Source of the DNA: Chloroflexota bacterium
Lineage (GTDB): Bacteria > Chloroflexota > Dehalococcoidia > JACQUD01
Assembly (NCBI GenBank): GCA_016210485.1
Contig: JACQUD010000074.1
Coordinates: 12,590 to 76,589 of the forward strand
Reading direction: 5' to 3'
Length of the DNA stretch: 64,000 bases
Of this stretch, positions 18,694-29,773 are shown one piece after another. The notes under the pieces are model-generated. The model had not been told where the DNA came from. It did not search any database and was given only the letters and a program-made list of their open reading frames with translations. The position numbers and the translations under genes are program-made. The first letter of the stretch is position 1. Each line of letters opens with the position of its first letter.

Positions 18694-19815
18694 GTGAAAG
18701 AAGAAGCTGCCCCAATCAAGACCGAAACCTTCATGGTGAACATGGGGCCTCAGCACCCCAGCACCCACGGTGTCTTCCGCATGCGCCTCTCCCTGGACGG
18801 AGAGGTCGTCGTAGATGTGGAGCCCATATTTGGCTACCTGCACCGGGGAGTGGAGAAGCTGGCCGAGGGCCGAACCTGGGTTCAGGACGTTACCCTCACC
18901 GACCGCCTGGACTATCTGGCCTCCATGTCCAACAACCTGGCCTATGTCCTGGCGGTGGAGAAGCTGGCGGGTATAGCGGTGCCCGAGAGGGCGGAGCACA
19001 TCCGGGTCATCATGGCCGAGCTGAGCCGCATCGCCAGCCACCTGATGGCGGTGGGCTCCTTCCTCAATGACATGGGGGCGGCCACCTTCACCCCTCTCAT
19101 CTATATGTTCCAGGAGCGCGAGAAGATCCTAGACCTCTTTGAGATGACCTGCGGCCAGCGCATGACCTTCAACTACATCCGCATCGGCGGAGTGAGCTGC
19201 GACCTGCCCGAGGGCTTCATCCCTGCCCTGACCCGCTTCCTGGGGGAGATGCCCCGCTTCATAGATGAATACGACACCTATCTGGAGGACAACGAGATTT
19301 TGCTGGCCCGATGCGTCGGCGTCGGGGTGCTGCCGCCGGACAAGGCCATCAACGCCTCGGTGAGCGGCCCCAGCCTGAGGGGCAGCGGTGTGAGATGGGA
19401 CCTGCGCCAAGCTGACCCCTACTCCATCTACGACCGCCTCAAGTTCGATATCCCCACGGGCAAGAACGGCGATGTCTACGACCGCTACCGGGTACGTATG
19501 GAAGAGATGCGCCAGAGCCTGCGCATCCTAGGGCAGTCGGTTCGGGACTTACCCGGCGGCGACTACCGAACTAAAGTGCCCGTAACTTTCCGCGCCCCAG
19601 CTGGGGAGGCCTATGCCCACCTGGAATCGCCCAAGGGTGAGCTGGGCTTCTATCTGGTGAGCGATGGCTCTCTGAGCCCCTATCGCTTCAAGATTCGCGC
19701 CCCGTCTTTCATAAACCTGGGGGTGCTCCGCGACCTGCTCATCGGGTGCAAGGTGGCGGACTGCGTGGTCACCTTGGGCAGCCTGGATATAATAATGGGC
19801 GAGGTAGACCGCTAG
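18694..19815 (+). CDS. nuoD: NADH-quinone oxidoreductase subunit D
   Basis: [21 protein letters not shown] and C-terminal [13 protein letters not shown]. Confidence 0.95.
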   Translation: MKEEAAPIKTETFMVNMGPQHPSTHGVFRMRLSLDGEVVVDVEPIFGYLHRGVEKLAEGRTWVQDVTLTDRLDYLASMSNNLAYVLAVEKLAGIAVPERAEHIRVIMAELSRIASHLMAVGSFLNDMGAATFTPLIYMFQEREKILDLFEMTCGQRMTFNYIRIGGVSCDLPEGFIPALTRFLGEMPRFIDEYDTYLEDNEILLARCVGVGVLPPDKAINASVSGPSLRGSGVRWDLRQADPYSIYDRLKFDIPTGKNGDVYDRYRVRMEEMRQSLRILGQSVRDLPGGDYRTKVPVTFRAPAGEAYAHLESPKGELGFYLVSDGSLSPYRFKIRAPSFINLGVLRDLLIGCKVADCVVTLGSLDIIMGEVDR

Positions 19816-20948
19816 TGAGCTTCTGGGATTACATAAAGGACTTATCCAACATCGCCCGCAGGGTAGCCGAGTGGACGGGTGGGGAGTGGTGGGTCTACGG
19901 CCTGTTGGGCCTGCTGGCCCTCCTCCTCTTCCTGGTGCCCAGCCTGCTAGCCTTGATCTGGATAGAGCGAAAGGTCTTTGGCCGCCTCCAGGTGCGCTAT
20001 GGCCCCAACCGAGCGGGGCCCTTCGGCCTACTCCAGCCCGTGGCCGACGCCATAAAAGTGATGACCAAGGAGGATGTGGCTCCAGCCCGAGGCGACCGGC
20101 TGCTCTTTCGTCTGGCCCCGGCGCTGGCCTTCATGCCGGCCATGGCCATCTTCGCTGCCATACCCTTCACTCGCAACATGGCGGTAAACCTGGACATCGG
20201 CGTGCTCTACATCATCGCCGTGGGGTCCCTGGGCGTCATCGCCGTGTTCATGGCAGGGTGGGCCTCCAACAACAAGTATTCCCTCCTGGGGGCCATGCGG
20301 GCCGTGGCCCAGACGGTGAGCTACGAGCTGCCCCTGGTCCTCTCCGTCCTGGCCATAGTCCTGGCCACAGGGTCTTTGTCTCTGGTAAAGATAGTTGAGT
20401 ATCAGACGGTCCCCTTACTTTTGCTTCAGCCTTTGACCTTCTTCATCTTCGTCGTTGCGGCCCTGGCCGAGCTTAACCGCACCCCTTTCGACATCATGGA
20501 AGCCGATTCGGAGATCGTGGCCGGCTACCATACGGAATACAGCGGGATGTCCTTCAGCCTCTTCTACCTGGCCGAGTACACCCACGCCCTGGCAGTGTCG
20601 GCCCTCATCGCCACCATGTTCCTGGGGGGCTGGAAGCCCGATGTGGGCATCCCCTGGCTCTGGCTCATAGTAAAGATATATCTGGTGTTCCTGGTCTTCT
20701 CCTGGATACGGGGGACGCTGCCCCGGCTGCGGGTGGACCAGCTCATGGGATTCGCCTGGAAGTTCTTGTTCCCCCTGGCCCTCATCAATATCCTCATCGT
20801 CGCTATCGAGGTTCAGGCCCTGGAGGGCTTCCCTGGCTGGCTGGCCCTGGTGAACATCCCCGTAGCCGCCATAATCCTGATAGGGATGGCAAGGCTGTTC
20901 CGCTTCGGGCGAGTCACCGCCCCGGCCCGGGCGCCGGAGCGAGGTTGA
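19815..20948 (+). CDS. nuoH: NADH-quinone oxidoreductase subunit H
   Basis: GTG at 19815 overlaps the nuoD TAG by 1 nt; the ORF opens at 19746 inside nuoD. Motifs ERKVFGRLQVRYGPNRAGPFGLLQPVADAIK and EADSEIVAGYHTEYSG. Confidence 0.9.
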   Translation: MSFWDYIKDLSNIARRVAEWTGGEWWVYGLLGLLALLLFLVPSLLALIWIERKVFGRLQVRYGPNRAGPFGLLQPVADAIKVMTKEDVAPARGDRLLFRLAPALAFMPAMAIFAAIPFTRNMAVNLDIGVLYIIAVGSLGVIAVFMAGWASNNKYSLLGAMRAVAQTVSYELPLVLSVLAIVLATGSLSLVKIVEYQTVPLLLLQPLTFFIFVVAALAELNRTPFDIMEADSEIVAGYHTEYSGMSFSLFYLAEYTHALAVSALIATMFLGGWKPDVGIPWLWLIVKIYLVFLVFSWIRGTLPRLRVDQLMGFAWKFLFPLALINILIVAIEVQALEGFPGWLALVNIPVAAIILIGMARLFRFGRVTAPARAPERG

Positions 20949-20949
20949 G

Positions 20950-21411
20950 ATGATAGGAGCGGGGATTGTGAAAGGCATGGCGGTGACCCTGCGCCACCTT
21001 CTGCGACGCCCCTTCACCGTCCAGTATCCCGAGGAGCGCCTTCCCCTCCCCGAGCGGTTCCGGGGCAACGAGCTTATCTGGCTGGTGGAGAAGTGCACCG
21101 GGTGCAACACCTGCGCCAAGGCCTGCCCCCATGGCGTCATCCAGGTCGAGACCTCGGCCAAGCTGGATGAGAACCGCTACTTTGTGGAGAAGTTCGAGGC
21201 GGACATGGGGCTATGTATCTTCTGCGGCCTGTGTGTGGAGGCCTGCCCCTTCGAGGCCCTGTATCTGAGCAGGGAGTTCGAGAAGGCAACCTACCGGCAC
21301 GAGGATATGTTCCGAAGACGGGACGACTTCATCAACGCCCAGAAGAACTTCAGCGGCTATTTCTATCCCTATCTTGACAAAGAGCGTCCCAAACGCCTGG
21401 AGGGCTGGTGA
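20950..21411 (+). CDS. nuoI: NADH-quinone oxidoreductase subunit I (2x[4Fe-4S])
   Basis: Two ferredoxin motifs: CTGCNTCAKACP and CIFCGLCVEACP. Confidence 0.93.
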   Translation: MIGAGIVKGMAVTLRHLLRRPFTVQYPEERLPLPERFRGNELIWLVEKCTGCNTCAKACPHGVIQVETSAKLDENRYFVEKFEADMGLCIFCGLCVEACPFEALYLSREFEKATYRHEDMFRRRDDFINAQKNFSGYFYPYLDKERPKRLEGW

Positions 21412-21917
21412 TGCCGGACATCGGCCTAGGCGGGGCAGTGGGCTTCTGGGCCCTGGCGACCCTATCAGTGGGCGCAGCACTGGGGGTGGTCCTCCTCTCC
21501 AACGTTTTCAGGGCCGCGCTGGCCCTGGTGCTCTGCTTTGTGGGCATCGCCGGGCTTTATGTAACCCTCAACGCCGACTTCCTGGCGGCGGTGCAAATTC
21601 TAATCTACGCCGGGGCCATCGCCGTGCTCCTCATCTTCGCCGTAATGCTCACCCGGGATACGCAGCGAGGAAGCCTTTGGAACAGGTACCGGGTGGCGGC
21701 CCTGCTTATCGCCGGGCTGTTCCTGGGAACGGTGCTGGCCATTGTCCTGGGGACGGACTGGGGGACAGCCAGACTTCTGAGCGATGCCCCCACCACAGGA
21801 GGCATCGCCAACGCCCTGTTCGATAAGGATGCGGGCTTCGTCCTGCCCTTCGAGGTGGCCTCGGTGTTGCTTCTGGCGGCGGTGCTGGGGGCCATAGCCT
21901 TGCTGAGGGAGGGATAG
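21408..21917 (+). CDS. nuoJ: NADH-quinone oxidoreductase subunit J
   Basis: Start is GTG 21408 or ATG 21411, overlapping the nuoI stop. Five TM helices, [23 protein letters not shown]. Confidence 0.88.
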   Translation: MMPDIGLGGAVGFWALATLSVGAALGVVLLSNVFRAALALVLCFVGIAGLYVTLNADFLAAVQILIYAGAIAVLLIFAVMLTRDTQRGSLWNRYRVAALLIAGLFLGTVLAIVLGTDWGTARLLSDAPTTGGIANALFDKDAGFVLPFEVASVLLLAAVLGAIALLREG

Positions 21918-21918
21918 C

Positions 21919-22227
21919 GTGCCCGGCCTTTCCCATTACCTGGCGCTCTCGGCTATCCTGTTCAGCATCGGCCTCTTCGGGGCACTTTCCAAGAGAAATG
22001 CCGTGGTGGTCCTCATGTGCGTGGAGCTGATGCTCAACGCGGTGAACATCGCCCTGGTGGCTTTCCCCCGATATTTGAGACCGGGCCTTTACACGGGCCA
22101 GATCTTCGCCATCTTCGTGGTGACGGTGGCCGCAGCCGAGGTGGCCGTGGCCCTGGCCATCATCATCGCTATCTACCGTCGACGGGAGACCATCGACGTA
22201 GAACAAATCGACCTGATGAAGCGGTGA
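21919..22227 (+). CDS. nuoK: NADH-quinone oxidoreductase subunit K
   Basis: 102 aa with three TM helices: [30 protein letters not shown]. Confidence 0.9.
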   Translation: MPGLSHYLALSAILFSIGLFGALSKRNAVVVLMCVELMLNAVNIALVAFPRYLRPGLYTGQIFAIFVVTVAAAEVAVALAIIIAIYRRRETIDVEQIDLMKR

Positions 22228-22230
22228 GGC

Positions 22231-22424
22231 ATGTGGGCTGAGATAAAACGGGCGCCCAACCGGATGCTGGCCGAGATGTGGAAACAGTATTTCGAGGGGG
22301 AGGGCATCCCCAGCCTCATCCTCCCCGAGGATGGGGTAGCCCAGGGCCTCAGGGAGAGATGCCCCTACCGGGTCTTCGTGCCCTGGGCCAAGGTGAAGGT
22401 GGCTGAGGAAGCCCTGAGGAAGTT

Positions 22425-22428
<4 letters not shown>
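22231..22428 (+). CDS. Small soluble protein (DUF2007-like, 'putative signal-transducing' fold) inserted between nuoK and nuoL
   Basis: The 65-aa ORF starts 3 nt after the nuoK stop, and its TGA overlaps the nuoL start. AEMWKQYFEGEGIPSLILPED ... YRVFVPWAKVKVAEEALRKL matches the A..+..LE.EGI...v....(gap)..Y.v.VP..d...A.e.L pattern I recall for DUF2007. Confidence 0.55.
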
Positions 22429-24359
<1,931 letters not shown>

Positions 24360-25865
24360 ATGAATTTCCCAATCCTCAGCATCATCCTGTTGCTGCCGGC
24401 GGTGGGGGCAGCAATCATCATCGCATTCCCTTGGCTTCAACTTCGAGGAATTCGGATGGTGGCGCTGGCTTTCACCCTGGTCCCCCTGGCCCTGGCCCTG
24501 ACCCTGTATATCCTCTGGTCCACCGGAGACATCGGCTTCGCCGACCTGGAGGAGAAGCGACAGTGGATCCCATCCATCAACGCCTTCTACCACCTGGGGG
24601 TAGATGGCCTGAGCCTCCCTATGGTGCTCCTCACCACTCTGCTGGGCTCCCTGGCAGTGCTGGTGTCCTGGAAGGTACCCACACGACAACGGGAGTATTT
24701 CGCCTGGCTCCTGGTCCTGGAGACGGGCATCCTGGGAGTGTTCACCTCCCTGGACCTGCTCCTCTTCTTTCTCTTCTGGGAGGTGGAGCTCATCCCCATG
24801 TATATGCTCATCTCTATATGGGGCACTGGCCGTAGGGAATACTCCGCCATCAAATTCGTCACCTACACCCTCCTGGGCAGCGCCCTCATGCTCACCGGCA
24901 TCCTGGCCCTCTACTTCTCCACGGGCAGCTTCAGTATGTTGGAGCTGGCCAACCTGAGCTCCGCCTCCTTGACCCGCCAGGTCCTGCCCCTCTCCACTAT
25001 CTTCCTCCTCATCTTCGCCGCCTTCGCCATCAAGCTCCCCATGTTCCCCTTCCACACCTGGCTCCCCGATGCCCACACCGACGCCCCTACGGCGGTGAGC
25101 GTCATCCTGGCCGGGGTATTGCTCAAGATGGGGGGCTACGGTATGATCCGCATCCTGGTGGGCATCTTCCCCCAGCAAGCCCGGGACTTCGCCCCCCTGG
25201 CAGTGGCCCTGGCCGTGGTGAGCGTCCTCTACGGGGCGGCGGTCACCTTGCGCCAGACGGACCTGAAGAGGCTCATCGCTTACAGCAGCGTTAGCCATAT
25301 GGGCTATGTGCTGCTGGGCATCTTCGCCCTGACGCCCACCAGCCTCACGGGGGCCACCCTCCAGATGTTCAGCCACGGGCTGGTAACGGGCCTCCTCTTC
25401 GCCCTGGTGGGCCTGGTCTACGATAAGAGCCACGAGCGGGACCTGCGCCGGCTGGGCGGGCTGGCCCGGCAGATGCCCATCATCGCCGTGGTCTTCAGTG
25501 TGGCTGGGCTAGCTTCCCTGGGGCTGCCCGGCACTAGCGGCTTCGCTGCCGAGTTCACCACCTTCGTTGGCAGCTTCACCAGCCCCAATGTAGATGACAT
25601 AAAGATATATACCCTCCTGGGGATGCTGGGCATCGTGGTCACCGCCGGCTACATCCTGTGGATGCTCCAGCGCGCCTTCTACGGGCCGCCCCAGGAGAAG
25701 TTCGGCGATGTGCCCGATGCCAGCCTCCTGGAGCGAGTCCCCATCTTCACCCTCATGGTGGCCGCCGTCCTGGTAGGTGTGCTGCCTATGCTGTTGACAG
25801 ATGTGATCCGGGAGGCGCCGGTGATAGCGAGAGTGGGCGATGTGCTCGCCCTCTGGCCGAGGTAA
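24360..25865 (+). CDS. nuoM: NADH-quinone oxidoreductase subunit M
   Basis: FFLFWEVELIPMYMLISIWG, KLPMFPFHTWLPDAHTDAPTAVSVILAGVLLKMGGYG. Confidence 0.95.
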   Translation: MNFPILSIILLLPAVGAAIIIAFPWLQLRGIRMVALAFTLVPLALALTLYILWSTGDIGFADLEEKRQWIPSINAFYHLGVDGLSLPMVLLTTLLGSLAVLVSWKVPTRQREYFAWLLVLETGILGVFTSLDLLLFFLFWEVELIPMYMLISIWGTGRREYSAIKFVTYTLLGSALMLTGILALYFSTGSFSMLELANLSSASLTRQVLPLSTIFLLIFAAFAIKLPMFPFHTWLPDAHTDAPTAVSVILAGVLLKMGGYGMIRILVGIFPQQARDFAPLAVALAVVSVLYGAAVTLRQTDLKRLIAYSSVSHMGYVLLGIFALTPTSLTGATLQMFSHGLVTGLLFALVGLVYDKSHERDLRRLGGLARQMPIIAVVFSVAGLASLGLPGTSGFAAEFTTFVGSFTSPNVDDIKIYTLLGMLGIVVTAGYILWMLQRAFYGPPQEKFGDVPDASLLERVPIFTLMVAAVLVGVLPMLLTDVIREAPVIARVGDVLALWPR

Positions 25866-25868
25866 AGT

Positions 25869-27308
25869 ATGAACCTGTATCTCTTGTCCCCTGAGATAAG
25901 CGTATTCGGGCTGGCCATCGCGGTCATCCTGCTAGATTTGCTCCCGGTCAGGAAGGGATGGCTGGCGGCGGCCAGCGTGCTGGGCCTGGGGGTTCCCCTG
26001 GGCTTCGCCATCGCCCTGTGGGGGGACTGGGACAACACCTTCGCCGGGATGCTGGTGGTGGACCAGTTCAGCCTCTTCTTCAAGTTCCTGTTCCTAGGCG
26101 TGGCCGCCCTGGTCATCCTGGCCTCGGCAGACTACGTAAGCAAGTTTCCTCGCTTCCAGGGAGAATACTATGCCCTCATCCTGTTCGCCGCCGGGGGGAT
26201 GATGCTGCTGGCGAGCACCAGAGAGCTCATCTCCATCTACATCGCCCTGGAGCTGACTGCGGTATCCTTGGCCGCCTTGGCCTGCTTCCTCAAAGACGTG
26301 CGCTCCACTGAGGCAGCGCTGAAATATATCATCCTGAGCGCCATAAGCTCCGCCGTTCTGCTCTACGGGATGGCCCTGGTCTTCGGGCTGTCCGGCTCCA
26401 CCCGGCTGGAAGACATCGCTGCCGCGGTGACGGCGGGCCGGGCCTGGGACAGCCCGCCCCTTCTCTTGGGCATTGTGCTCCTGGTGGCCGGCTTCGGCTT
26501 CAAGATAGCCTCGGTGCCCTTCCAGATGTGGGTGCCCGATGTCTACGAGGGGGCTCCCACGCCCATCGCAGCCTATCTCTCCGTGGCCTCCAAGGCGGCC
26601 GGCTTCGCCATCGTCCTCAGGGTGTTCTTCTCGGCCTTCGGCCAGCCCGAGACCCTGAGCCTGGACTGGGGAGACCTGTTCGCAGTACTGGCGGCCATCA
26701 CCATGACTTTAGGCAACGTCATGGCCCTGCCTCAGACCAACATCAAGCGCCTCATGGGCTACTCCTCCATTGCCCATGCCGGGTATATCATGGTGGGGCT
26801 GGCCTCGGTAACGCTCATAAGCCGAGATCTGGGGCAGAGCGGGGTGCTCTTCTATCTGTCGGCCTACACCTTCACAAACCTGGCAGCCTTCATAGCCATC
26901 ATCGCCATCTCCAACCGGGTTGGCTCGGACCTCATCGCCGACTATGCCGGCATGGTGCGCCGGGCCCCGGTCCTGGCCCTTGCCCTGGCCTTCGCTTTCA
27001 TCTCCCTCATCGGCATACCGCCTACGGCGGGGTTCATGGCCAAGATTTACATCTTCAATGCCGGCATCCAGAACGACCTGACCTGGCTGGTGATAGTGGG
27101 AGTCATTAACAGCGTAATCTCCGCCTACTATTACCTCAGAGTAATAAGAATCATGTTCCTGGCCAAGCCTGTTTCTGAGGAGAAGGTGCCCTCCTCCCCG
27201 GCTTTGCGCTTGTCTTTGACCCTCACCACCGTGGGGGTGCTGGTAGTGGGGCTGGTGCCCTACCCCTTGCTTCGTGCTGCCGAAATTGCCGTCCGAGCCT
27301 TCAGCTAA
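25869..27308 (+). CDS. nuoN: NADH-quinone oxidoreductase subunit N
   Basis: GFGFKIASVPFQMWVPDVYEGAPTPIAAYLSVASKAAGF and about 14 TM helices. Confidence 0.95.
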   Translation: MNLYLLSPEISVFGLAIAVILLDLLPVRKGWLAAASVLGLGVPLGFAIALWGDWDNTFAGMLVVDQFSLFFKFLFLGVAALVILASADYVSKFPRFQGEYYALILFAAGGMMLLASTRELISIYIALELTAVSLAALACFLKDVRSTEAALKYIILSAISSAVLLYGMALVFGLSGSTRLEDIAAAVTAGRAWDSPPLLLGIVLLVAGFGFKIASVPFQMWVPDVYEGAPTPIAAYLSVASKAAGFAIVLRVFFSAFGQPETLSLDWGDLFAVLAAITMTLGNVMALPQTNIKRLMGYSSIAHAGYIMVGLASVTLISRDLGQSGVLFYLSAYTFTNLAAFIAIIAISNRVGSDLIADYAGMVRRAPVLALALAFAFISLIGIPPTAGFMAKIYIFNAGIQNDLTWLVIVGVINSVISAYYYLRVIRIMFLAKPVSEEKVPSSPALRLSLTLTTVGVLVVGLVPYPLLRAAEIAVRAFS

Positions 27309-27338
27309 TTCGTAGCCCTGGGGAGCCTTTGGCCAACG

Positions 27339-27356
27339 GGTAGTGGGTCAATTTGA
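27339..27356. repeat. Left arm of a perfect 18-bp inverted repeat (ggtagtgggtcaatttga)
   Basis: Verified base by base against the reverse complement of 28314-28331. A ggcc tetranucleotide lies just outside both arms, with a 4-nt offset on the left. Confidence 0.9.
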
Positions 27357-27478
27357 GCCTAACGGGAATTGACGGGGTTACCGAAGACCCCAGGACTCCA
27401 GCTATGACTGCTGGCCTGGCTGGCCATATCTGGACGCTTGAGGAAATCGTCGCTCTACTCGAAAGACCAACATCATAG
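27344..27478 (+). pseudogene. Short 3' remnant resembling the conserved C-terminal tail of a DDE transposase
   Basis: The open frame reads WVNLSLTGIDGVTEDPRTPAMTAGLAGHIWTLEEIVALLERPTS*. The TPAM.AG...H.W(S/T).EE(I/L) tail is one I recall from IS1/IS1595-type transposase C-termini, but this is memory only. No catalytic domain is present. Confidence 0.3.
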
Positions 27479-27552
27479 AGCAACAGCGTGGCAGGATATT
27501 GACAAACCCTGTAATATATTAGGAAAGACTCGCTGATGTTGGAGGCCTTACT

Positions 27553-27867
27553 ATGTTGGTTCGCAGCCCTAAGAAGATAGAATCAGCTGGCGAGCGCCGA
27601 GCACAGCTAAGGAAGGACATTGAAGCGGCCTTCGCTCGTAACGGGTCATCACGGCTCCGCTTGCAGCAAGCGTTGAAGAAGCGTCTTCAAATGTTCGAGA
27701 GTCGATATGAGATGTCATCTGAGGCAATGGTCACTAAGGTGCACTCTGGGACCTTGCCAGCTACTTTCGAGGTCGAACAGTGGATGATGACATACGAGCT
27801 CTGCAAGATGGCCTTCGGTTCCTCCTGCAACAGAACCTCCCCAAGAAGCACAACTGGAACAGCTTAG
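27553..27867 (+). CDS. Hypothetical small protein, antitoxin-like
   Basis: 104 aa. The RLQMFESRYEMSSEAMVTKVHSGTLPATFEVEQWMMTYEL segment resembles the LE.KYGMSSEEF....G.L......W...YE motif of small antitoxin-type proteins. The last ~29 codons overlap the next ORF. Confidence 0.4.
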   Translation: MLVRSPKKIESAGERRAQLRKDIEAAFARNGSSRLRLQQALKKRLQMFESRYEMSSEAMVTKVHSGTLPATFEVEQWMMTYELCKMAFGSSCNRTSPRSTTGTA

Positions 27868-28280
27868 AAAGCTACCTCTATCTTCACGAGACAAGGCCTC
27901 TGCAAACCGGATTTGTCCGTCATTTTCGGCTATCTTGGACTGACCCGCTTCAACTGTTGCCAGACCGTGAATATTATTTCATAACGTGCAGCGGCACCTT
28001 GATTTGCCGCTCCTCTGTACGAATCAAAGTCGAGAAACTGGCGTTGATAGATGCCTCAAATCGCCGACATAGAAGGGTGCGAACCATTAAGTATGCCTAT
28101 CACGCCTTCTGGCATGGAGGAATGCCCATGCTTCGCAAGGATAACTCTGACGACTTCCTTGAGCATCATCAGCATAGGTTTGACCTTCAGACTGGCGATG
28201 AAATTGCCCGTGAACCCTGCGAATGGCCTTTGCTTCATGAGTTCATAGTTGAAGTTGCCAAACTCGTCGGAACCACATAA
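27780..28280 (+). CDS. Hypothetical protein, toxin-like (possible DUF6516/TumE-like)
   Basis: 166 aa. IKYAYHAFWHGGMPMLRKDNSDDFLEHHQHRFD resembles the Y.YH.....G..I.R.DN..HH....HH.H core I recall for DUF6516. The start is uncertain; it overlaps the upstream ORF by 88 nt. Confidence 0.4.
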   Translation: MDDDIRALQDGLRFLLQQNLPKKHNWNSLESYLYLHETRPLQTGFVRHFRLSWTDPLQLLPDREYYFITCSGTLICRSSVRIKVEKLALIDASNRRHRRVRTIKYAYHAFWHGGMPMLRKDNSDDFLEHHQHRFDLQTGDEIAREPCEWPLLHEFIVEVAKLVGTT

Positions 28281-28313
28281 CACCAAGTCGTGTGCAGGGT
28301 CATTCAACCACAT

Positions 28314-28331
28314 TCAAATTGACCCACTACC
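28314..28331. repeat. Right arm of the 18-bp inverted repeat (tcaaattgacccactacc)
   Basis: Exact reverse complement of 27339-27356. It lies 34 nt after the stop of the toxin-like ORF. Confidence 0.9.
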
Positions 28332-28346
28332 GGCCAGCGCCCTGCC

Positions 28347-28375
28347 TTGACACAAGATATTAAGTATTTTATAAT
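28347..28375 (+). promoter_or_regulatory. Consensus sigma-70 promoter for the arsR-dsrE cluster
   Basis: TTGACA at 28347-28352, exactly 17 nt, then TATAAT at 28370-28375. The flanking half-sites atatta / taatat around the -10 could be an ArsR operator. Confidence 0.65.
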
Positions 28376-28406
28376 ATTCTAAAGTTCTCTCAATGAGGGC
28401 AGTGAG

Positions 28407-28757
28407 ATGGACCGGGAAAGCAGACTCTACACCTATCATGCCGAGATGTGCAAGGTCTTCTCCCACCCCAAGAGATTGCACATCATCAATGCCCTCCGCC
28501 AGGAGGAACTGAGCGTTACCGAACTATCTCGAAGGACGGGGACAGCCATGCCCAATCTATCGCAGCACCTGACTATGATGCGGGAGCGGGGTATCCTCAC
28601 CTCCAGGAAGGAAGGGAACATGGTTTATTACCGTGTGGCCGACCCTAAACTGGTCCAGGCCTTCGACCTGTTGAGGCAGATTCTCTTCCGCCAGATAGAA
28701 AGGGAGGGCGCTCTCATTAGAGGGATGATGCCCTTGGCGCAGAGAGAAGCCAGATGA
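28407..28757 (+). CDS. ArsR/SmtB family transcriptional regulator
   Basis: MCKVFSHPKRLHIINALRQEELSVTELSRRTGTAMPNLSQHLTMMRERGILTSRKEGNMVYYRV is the canonical ArsR HTH. Confidence 0.9.
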   Translation: MDRESRLYTYHAEMCKVFSHPKRLHIINALRQEELSVTELSRRTGTAMPNLSQHLTMMRERGILTSRKEGNMVYYRVADPKLVQAFDLLRQILFRQIEREGALIRGMMPLAQREAR

Positions 28758-29128
28758 AGATGAATAACGGAATCAAACAGAAAATTCTCATTATATTGAA
28801 CGACCCGCCCTACGGCACCGAGCGAGCCTGGAACGCCCTGCGCCTGGCTATATCGCTGGCTAGCGGAAAAGGGGATGAGGTGCGCCTCTTCCTCCTGGGC
28901 GATGCCGTGTCCTGTGCGAAGAGGGGCCAGGAGACGCCTACTGGCTATTACAATCTGGAGCGTATGCTTAAGGGTGCCTCGCAGCGCAAAGCCGAAATTG
29001 CTGCCTGCGGAACCTGCTTGGACGCTCGGGGCCTGAAGGATGAGGAGCTGGTAGAGGGAGTGCGGCGCAGCTCCCTGGATGAGCTCACCTCATGGACCCA
29101 GTGGGCGGACAAGGTGCTCGTGTTCTAG
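28754..29128 (+). CDS. DsrE/DsrF-like sulfur-relay family protein
   Basis: The ATGA overlap links it to arsR. KILIILNDPPYGTERAWNALRLA...VRLFLLGDAV.CA ... ACGTCLDARGL. Confidence 0.75.
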   Translation: MKMNNGIKQKILIILNDPPYGTERAWNALRLAISLASGKGDEVRLFLLGDAVSCAKRGQETPTGYYNLERMLKGASQRKAEIAACGTCLDARGLKDEELVEGVRRSSLDELTSWTQWADKVLVF

Positions 29129-29182
29129 TTCGCAGAAAGAAAGCACCGAAGGGGCCTGGACAAAACAGAGGGAGCTTTACCC

Positions 29183-29383
29183 TTGCCCAAAGCTATTCTC
29201 GACATGAGACGTTGCCAGCCAGAAAGATGTGATAAAGGCCGTTGCCTGGCCCGGCGCTCCTGCCCGGTGAAAGCCATCTGGCAGGAGGAACTATACGCTG
29301 TCCCTTTTCTCAGTGGTGGGCAGTGCAATGGCTGTTCAAAGTGCGTAGCTGCCTGTCCCTTGAAGGCGATCTCCTTGAATTGA
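29183..29383 (+). CDS. Small 4Fe-4S ferredoxin-type protein
   Basis: 66 aa with a TTG start. There is one canonical CNGCSKCVAACP motif and an atypical Cys cluster, CQPERCDKGRCLARRSCP. Confidence 0.55.
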   Translation: MPKAILDMRRCQPERCDKGRCLARRSCPVKAIWQEELYAVPFLSGGQCNGCSKCVAACPLKAISLN

Positions 29384-29406
29384 AGGACTGAAGCCAGGAG
29401 TCAGAG

Positions 29407-29763
29407 ATGAATAGAGATATTAGGACGGCCTTGATTATCGGTGGCGTGGTTCTGGCGCTTCTGATAGCCGTGCCCTTGATCGGGGGAGGCTTTTCAGGAT
29501 GGCAGGGTGGAGGCTGGGGGATGATGGGGCCAGGGACGATGGATGGTTTTGGTTGGGGGTGGTTCATGCCAATATTCATGATCTTCTTCTGGGTGCTTAT
29601 TATCTGGGCGGTGGTAGCCTTGGCCCGGGGAGTAGCTGGGCCCGGCGGCTCCGACCCCGGCTCCAGCCATCCCGACTCAGCCCTGGAGGTGCTCAAGAGG
29701 AGGTATGCCCGGGGCGAGATCGGCAAAGAGGAATACGAAGAGAAGAAAAGGGACTTAGCCTGA
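29407..29763 (+). CDS. SHOCT-domain membrane protein
   Basis: Two TM helices with a G/W/M-rich loop. The C-terminal LEVLKRRYARGEIGKEEYEEKKRDL is the SHOCT motif. Confidence 0.8.
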   Translation: MNRDIRTALIIGGVVLALLIAVPLIGGGFSGWQGGGWGMMGPGTMDGFGWGWFMPIFMIFFWVLIIWAVVALARGVAGPGGSDPGSSHPDSALEVLKRRYARGEIGKEEYEEKKRDLA

Positions 29764-29773
29764 ATACGTAGCT

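Larger units (their letters stand above)
27339..28331. mobile_element. Candidate inserted cassette (~1 kb, AT-rich) bounded by 18-bp perfect inverted repeats; carries a transposase-tail remnant and a TA-like gene pair
   Basis: It sits between the nuoN stop (27308) and the arsR promoter (28347). G+C on a counted 60-nt line (27961-28020) is 48%, versus 70% on line 26941-27000 in nuoN. No intact transposase is present. Confidence 0.4.

Noticed and set aside
19746-19814. An upstream ATG start for nuoH at 19746
   Set aside because: It would overlap nuoD by 70 nt and encode [23 protein letters not shown], which is non-NuoH-like. The GTG at 19815, abutting the nuoD stop, gives a normal NuoH N-terminus.
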